This document shows positions 54,363-64,000 of a stretch of 64,000 nt of DNA, piece after piece. The stretch lies in NCBI RefSeq assembly GCF_009914755.1, contig NC_060930.1. The stretch is one strand, 5' to 3'. Position numbers and translations under genes: made by a program. Origin of the DNA: the human T2T-CHM13v2.0 reference genome, Homo sapiens. The notes under the pieces were generated by a model. It was given only the letters and a program-made list of their open reading frames with translations. It was not told the DNA's origin and made no database searches. The number at the start of each line of letters is the position of its first letter. Positions within the stretch are counted from its first letter, which is position 1.

Positions 54363-56623
54363 GTCAGGTAATACTGCAATAACAAATCAGTCCCAAAATT
54401 ATGGTGGGCTTAAATCAACAAGGGATTATTTCTTGTTCTCACTACACATAGTTCAGTGGGAACCTCTGCTCTACCTGGGGAATTGGGTGGTGGGAGCTTT
54501 ACCATGTTGTCTGCCATTCATGTGGAAGATGTGGTCTCTGTTCACTGCATCAGTGGAAGAATATGGACCTTACCTGCCTCAGCTCTGAAGTGACACATGT
54601 CACTTTCTCCACATTTTATTATCCAAAACTGCAAGAGGATTAGGAAATATGGAAAAGAAAATGGAATCTTGATAAGCTTACTGTCTCTGCAAAACTCATA
54701 TATAAATAACAACTGAATAGAACAGATAGAAATTTTACTTATTAATGCATTCGATTTCTCAAACCTGGTGTCTTTCTTATCCCTAGGCTTTCAAATATGT
54801 TTCTTTTGCCTGACATAGTCACCATAAATGTGTCCCACCCTAAATCCCACATCTGCAAAATCCTACCCAACCTTAAGGTTTTTGGCTTAAATAGCATTTC
54901 TTTGAAATTCTTAAATAATCCTTCTTCTCTCAACTTAGACCATCCTCTGTACTTTCATTTACTATTCCCACAATAACAGTAGCTAGCTAGTAAATACTGT
55001 AAGTATCTACTCCATGGCAGGCACTGTTCTGAGCACTTTATATTTATATTTAACCCTCACAATAAGCCAATGACATGGTATCTTAGTATGAGCTCCCTAG
55101 AAAACAGAGCCTAAGCCAAAAGCATAATGCTAGCCCTGTAGAAAGTGGACAATCCCCAGGAATCAGGAGGGCAAGAAGACAGCAATGTGTCAGGAAAGAA
55201 GGAGAATGTATTTTAATTAGATTTGGGTCTGTTTTTCCTCTGTAGATCTAAAATTGTATTTTATTCATCAAAGTTATACTAGAATATAAAATATACTAGT
55301 ATATTTTATACTAGAATAGGGACTGGGATACAGAGCTGGCTGCAGCTTTGTGACAAGCTACAAACTTACAGGAAATCAAGAGATTCAGGGAGGTCAAAAA
55401 GCACTACTATTAGTCTAAAAATCCAACCTCCCTCTAACTATACCAGAAGCAGCCACTATGCAGCTCCCAGGTCTGTAGCAGCGTCAGCAGCCTGGTTCTA
55501 TTCCCAAGGGAAGATGTTATAAGGACTACTCCAGCTAGAAAGCAAGGTGAGGACACAGACCTGGTGTGCTACAGCAACCAAATTCAGAATAATTTGGTTC
55601 AGGTTCTTGTAATTTATTTCCCGTTTTCAGATGAAGAAACTAATGCATTAAAATATATAATCTTGAACAAAGTTACACAGCTAGAAGGTGACATGGGATG
55701 CAAACCCAAAAATACTAGCCCTAAACCATACAATCCCAACCACTCCGCTCCTGCAAGAATGCAGACTCCACAAAAGCAATAACTGCTTTATTCCTAGCAC
55801 CTATCACAAATACAGAGTCTAACGCATAGTATGCTTAATAGATACTTGTTGAATGAATGAATTAATAAGTGCATCAATGAATAAGTTTTAAATCAGTGGT
55901 ATTTCATAAAGGGCCAAAGAAATTAATATGAAGGAGAGGTTCCATTTTATTAGGATACTCTGGAATGGTCTACATCAGAAGTAACATATAAGCTAGATCT
56001 TCCAAAGACTTAGAGAAAGGTCTGACCCAATGACACAAAGGCCATATTTGGAGACTGTGGTTTTACTATGGGGAGTATTGAAATACTCTATGGAGTAGTG
56101 AATGGAGAATGGAAATAAGGGTGTGGTGGGAAATAAGACTTAAAACACACACTTGGTATCAAGCGTTGGAAGCTTGCCATCTTCAAGGTGAAAAAGATGC
56201 CTAAGCTGAAGAGAACTCAAAAACTGTTCATTACAAAAGAAAGTCCCACTCAAAACAATGCCCACAGTCAGGGAAGCTAAGCGCATGTCCCCAGAATATT
56301 CCCAAATCATAGCTCACTTAAGCTGTGTTTTATTCTGTATTCTAGGAACCCACAATTCTGTTTTAGGCAAAAGTTCTATTTTGTTGTTACCCAAGACTCT
56401 ATGGCTTAATGTGAAGCTGTGTTCTTGTTTTCTATCAAGAGAAATGGAAAACAGCTGTTTAACATTCTTGCTATAATAAGCTTCATACAATTCATGCGGT
56501 TATTTAAACATTTTCCTGATATTTGATCCTTAATCCTGCACACAACATAAAAAGACACCACAAGAAAATCATAGAAGAAAGAACAAATGATAGTATTAGC
56601 TTCATAAAGAGAACCACTCTCAT

Positions 56624-56656
56624 ACACAAACACACACACACACACACAAACACACA
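56624..56656. repeat. Interrupted (CA)n microsatellite
   Basis: ACACAAACACACACACACACACACAAACACACA. Confidence 0.85.
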
Positions 56657-58954
56657 AAGATGAAAATATCTATAAACAATGAAATTATGGTCCTTTATAG
56701 GACAATTCCTCTGTTTATAATGTTTTCCTTATGATACATAGCACATAAGACATATTTATCGTATGTCTTTATGATGAATGAAGTCTCCTTGGAACTATTT
56801 ATATCACACATGGAAAGCAAATTGCTGGAATAAATGTTTATTTAGCAACATAAACATTTCAAATAAATCCACAAGAAAAGGGTTTCATAACACGTCCATT
56901 CCCATTTGCATTTTGATTTGGTTACTGTCTTCATACATCAGTAGGAGCAACATAAATAGAATAACCACAGATCATCCTCCAGAAACCCACTCTCATCCCA
57001 CCACTTCTCTCAGACTTAAGCATCTTGTCCACCTTGGATACTATCCCCTGGCTTTCCTTCTACTTCTATGGTGGCTCCTTCTCATTCCCTTTGGGATGTT
57101 TATTCCTATCTACCCAACAATTAAATGTCAGAATCCTGGACACTCAAAAATCAATCCTAAACAATCTCCTCCTTTCATCCTATACTGTCTCACTAGAAGA
57201 TTTTATTTACATGACTCACAAATTTATGTCTACTTGAGGACCTGGCCTCTAAAGTTGGGACCCATTTAACTAATTGCCGTGTGAGATTTCCAATAAAATG
57301 CCTACAAGCCACCTATAATTCAACATATCAAAAACTGAATTTATTATGCATATACCTCAATCCGATACTAGTCTGATGTTCTTCTGTTTCATACCATTCT
57401 CCTGTACACCCTAAATTTAATCCATATCATCTAAACTCCAAGTTCTATAAATGTTATCTTCTAAATATTTCTAATCTATCCACTTCTATCCTTCACCATC
57501 ACCATCAACTAAGTCCAACGTACTGAAGTGGTGTGTTGAGTGAGACTTTCCTGTTGCTCAGGAGTCATCATAGTTCTTGATGAAGGGCATTTTCTTTCTT
57601 CTACCAATAGCAAAAAGAAGGTGCCTCTCCCAAACAATTGTGAAAAAGACTATAAGAAAGTAGAGGTTCCTACAAGGAGATACCAAGATCTCATTTCACA
57701 GTAGATGCCTGCTTACATGGAGATCTTTTGGATTTTCTCACTGTGCTTATTTGAGCAGGAGGAGAGGACAGTTGAAAGGAGATGGCAAGGCTAAGACAGG
57801 GGCTGGAAGCGGAAGTCTTCAAGCTACTTGGAAAATTAAGACTGTGTGAGTTTGCCATGGGTCAAGTGGCTGTCCCAGAAATCTTGATGAGGATCCTAGG
57901 CACAAGAAGCTCTGGGGTGGATTGTCCAGAACAGATGCCAAGTGGGGAGTGGAACAGGCAATGGAATACATACATGTTTATCATGAGAAGCCAGAATTTG
58001 CATGCCTTTTACACTTGAATCACTAGGGTCTGGTCAGTGTTAGTCCAAAAACCATGGGAAACAATAGCCCAGGGGCTACAACAGAGCCAACTAAGGAGAC
58101 AACTGTCCCTTTCCCGTCCTTCCTCCTATTCCACTTACCAGAAGGGCCTGATTCAAGGGCAGACAATGATACTCCCCATCCCCACTGCAAAGTGAGTCTA
58201 AAGTCTATTTCAAAAACACAGTGCATAAGCAAATGCTGTAGGTGTCATCATTCAAAATCCCTTTACCTAAAGAAGACTCCATATCCCATGGTTCCCACTG
58301 GTGACAGATCATACCATCTTAATTCAGTGGACAATAGACCTGCCTCCACCTACATCTTTTAGTTAGATCTTTTTATTTGCTTCTTCCATGTTCAAAAGGA
58401 TTTTTTGTTTGTTTGGGGGAGGATTTAACACTACTTGTTGACAGAAACATTTTAGGAAAAAATATCTTCCTAGATAGTTTGAAAACATTAAATAATGAAT
58501 AAAATGACTGATGCTACCTGGAGTCTTACAGAGCAAAAGCTTTAGAAGAAAATTACATTCCATCTATCTATGAGAAAAAAAAATTAAGTAAATACACATT
58601 CACAACTAAAGTTTATTAAATATTAAGTTTAACTTAAAAAGGCCCATGAACCTTGCCTCAGCAGTTGTTAAAGCCTCTGTCCCAGTGCTTTTAACAAGGC
58701 AATTTTACTCTGGGTAACCAGTAGCCTTTATAGGCCTGTAATCTAACAAAACATGCTAACACAATTATGACTTACAGCTTAATTAATGCTGATGACAAAA
58801 GACAGTGAATTAGTGTTATCTTAGGCCATGTTCATTCTTCCCACCGAAAATCAAAGCAAAAGTAAAATTCAAACTCTGGAGATAAATCAGCTTCATGAAT
58901 GTCATAAACATCTAATATAAAATTAGAAAATATAAAAGTACTGAACGTTCTAGA

Positions 58955-59220
58955 CAAGGAGCTGGCAAACTACAGCCTTTGGACCAAATCTAGGCTGGTA
59001 CCTGTGTTTATAAATAAAGTTTCATTGGAACACAGCCATGATCTTTTTTGTTTTTTTGTTTTTTGAGGTTTGTCTGCATATTGTCTACAGTTGCTTTCAC
59101 ACTGTAGTAGCATAGTTGGGTAGTTGTGACAGAGACTGCATGGGAACAGAGACTGTATGAGCAACAAAGCTTAAAATATTTACTACTTGGCATTTTACAG
59201 AAAATCTTTACTGACTCCTG
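58955..59220. mobile_element. MER58A hAT element
   Basis: CAAGGAGCTGGCAAACTAC...AAATAAAGTTTCATTGGAACACAGCCA...AAAATATTTACT...GACTCCTG. Confidence 0.8.
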
Positions 59221-60134
59221 CTAGATGCAATGCAAAATCTTCAGCTCTGCTAAAATGACTGCTGTTCTTTGAAAGAAAAGTACCTAAGTACATACCTTTT
59301 CTGGTAAGATTAATTTAGATGGACTAATAGAACAAATAGATCTGTAGACAGACAGATAAACTCTCCACTTTAGTAATATTTTCATTCTCAGTGTCTGAAG
59401 GAGATGAATAAAGGATATTAAAGGTGCTCTTCTAATCTTAAGAATCACTTTATTCTTTAAAGAATGTATTGAATGAAGATTACTTACCTCAAATTATGTT
59501 CAAGAAAAGAAAATAATTTTACTATTCCTTTCCTTTGTGCAGTTAACTATTAATAGCTCATATTGACTCAGTCACATCTATATATTATTCACAGCAAACA
59601 GCTCGGGCAGAATGTACATATATATTTTTTAAATCCTGTTAACTTAAGCTTGACTTTAGCCTAAGGAAGAGACAATGAGCATCCTCTTCAACTCCTCTTC
59701 CACAGAGAAGTCTAGATGATTAATCTTAATTCTCTATATGGCAGACATTCACCAAAATATGTTGTATGCTTCACATTTCTTAAAATACATAAGGTGTCAT
59801 GAAAGTTGTAAGTTGACATTCAATATGATAATAATAATAGTCAACATACCTTGAGAGTCAACAAAGTACTAAGCACTGTTCTAAGAGTGTACAGCAGAGT
59901 CTGTCCTGATCTTCATCAAACCTGCTTCCTCTTCCTAGTAACATTGCCTGAATTCTGGCCAATGGAATGTTCCTGGTGCATAAAAACTTTTTCTGCATAA
60001 TCCTCCATGCTTTCTCCTTTTCACTGATTTGACAGAGATGAGCCCAGCAACTTGAGAAATCACTGTTGAAGTTAAGTAAGCCCCAAGATGGAAAAAACCT
60101 GGGTCCCCAAACACAGTTTAGAAGAGAGCCTCCT

Positions 60135-60440
60135 GGCCAGGCACAGTGACTCATGCCTGTAATCCCAGCACTTTGGGAGGCAGAGGTGGGCAGATCATAT
60201 GAGGTCAGAAAGTTCGAGACCAGCCTGGCCAACATGGCGAAAACCCATCTCTACTAAAAATACAAAACAGCCAGGCATGGTGGCAGGCGCCTGTAATCCC
60301 AGCTACTCGGGAGGCTGAGGCAGGGAGAATCGCTTGAACCCAGGAGGTGGAGGTTGCAGTGAGCCAACATCATGCCATTGCACTCCAGCCTGGGCAACAG
60401 AGCAAGACTCTGTTAAAAAAAAAAAAAGAAGAAGAAGAAG
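60135..60440 (+). mobile_element. AluS with A/(GAA)n tail, inserted in an MLT1 remnant
   Basis: Dimeric Alu; near-TSD AGAAGAGAGCCTCCT / AGAAGAAGCCTCCT. Confidence 0.92.
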
Positions 60441-60479
60441 AAGAAGAAGCCTCCTATCTAAGAAGATTTCTTATTTGTG

Positions 60480-63270
<2,791 letters not shown>

Positions 63271-63276
63271 AACATC

Positions 63277-64000
63277 CTGGTATGTTTCTCTCACCCTAAT
63301 CTCATCTCAAATTGTAATCCCCACATGTCCTGAAAGACATCTGGTAGGAGGTGACTGAAACATAGGGGTGGTTTCTCCAATGCTGTTCTCATGATAGTGA
63401 AGGAGTTCTCATGAAATCTGATGGTTTAAGACTGTGGCACTTCCTCCCTCATGCTCTGTCTCCTGTCACCTCATGAAGAAGGTGCCTGCTTCCCCTTCAC
63501 CTTCTGCCACAATTGTAAGTTTCCTGAGGCCTCCACATCCAGGCAGAACTGTGAGTCAATTAAACCTCTTTTGTTTACAAATTACCCAGTCTCAGGTGGT
63601 ATTCTTCACAGCAGTATGAAAACAGACTAATACAGGAAATTTGTACCAGGAGTGGGGCACTGCTATAAAGATAACCTGAAAATGTGGGAGCAACTTTAGA
63701 ACTGGGTAACAGGAAGAGGTTGGAACAGTTTGGATGGCGCAGAAGAAGACAGTAAGATGAGGGAAAGTTTGGAACTTCCTAGAGACTGTTGAATGGTTTT
63801 GACCAAAATGCTGATAGTGACAATGAAGTCCAGGCTGAGATGGTCTCAGATGGAGATGAGGAACTTACTGGAACTGTAGAGCAAAGGTCACTCTTGTTAT
63901 GCATTAGCAAACAGACTGACAGAATTTTGCCTCTGCCCTAGAGATCTGTGGAATTTTGAACTTGAGAGAGGGTATCTGGCAAAGAAATTTCCAAGCAGCA
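63277..64000 (+). mobile_element. THE1D-like 5' LTR (to about 63633) plus THE1-int; runs off the right edge and interrupts the L1
   Basis: LTR ...AACTGTGAGTCAATTAAACCTC...GACTAATACA followed by GGAAATTTGTACCAGGAGTGGGG...CTGGGTAACAGGAAGAGGTTGGAACAGTTTGG internal sequence. Confidence 0.9.

Noticed and set aside
56778-57269. 163-aa ORF with a hydrophobic stretch
   Set aside because: Overlaps pyrimidine-rich L2-like sequence; no protein family recognised

Overview
AT-rich, CpG-depleted, repeat-dense hominid DNA, most likely human (it contains an Alu with AluYa5 diagnostics). No protein-coding exon can be supported; nearly all listed ORFs are repeat-derived or chance ORFs. The main gene feature is a CpG-rich promoter with a non-coding first exon on the minus strand (about 40063-40255, donor CAG|GTAAGG). 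I recognise it from memory, not from an alignment, as the 5'UTR exon 1 of COL21A1. If so, 1-40062 is intron 1 and 40256-64000 is upstream. The rest is L1, L2, L3, MIR, Alu, MaLR/ERVL LTRs, hAT MERs and a 3'-truncated Hsmar1 mariner; repeat subfamily names are from recalled consensus sequences. I see no convincing new biological system. The most notable signals are: templated-insertion and template-switch scars, including a 70-bp promoter-proximal segment copied 10.4 kb away between 49-bp direct repeats; a perfect 33-bp-arm hairpin; a (GGAA)15 microsatellite 13 kb upstream of the promoter; a young AluYa5; an Hsmar1 copy with all three catalytic Asp changed to Asn; and candidate cryptic exons.
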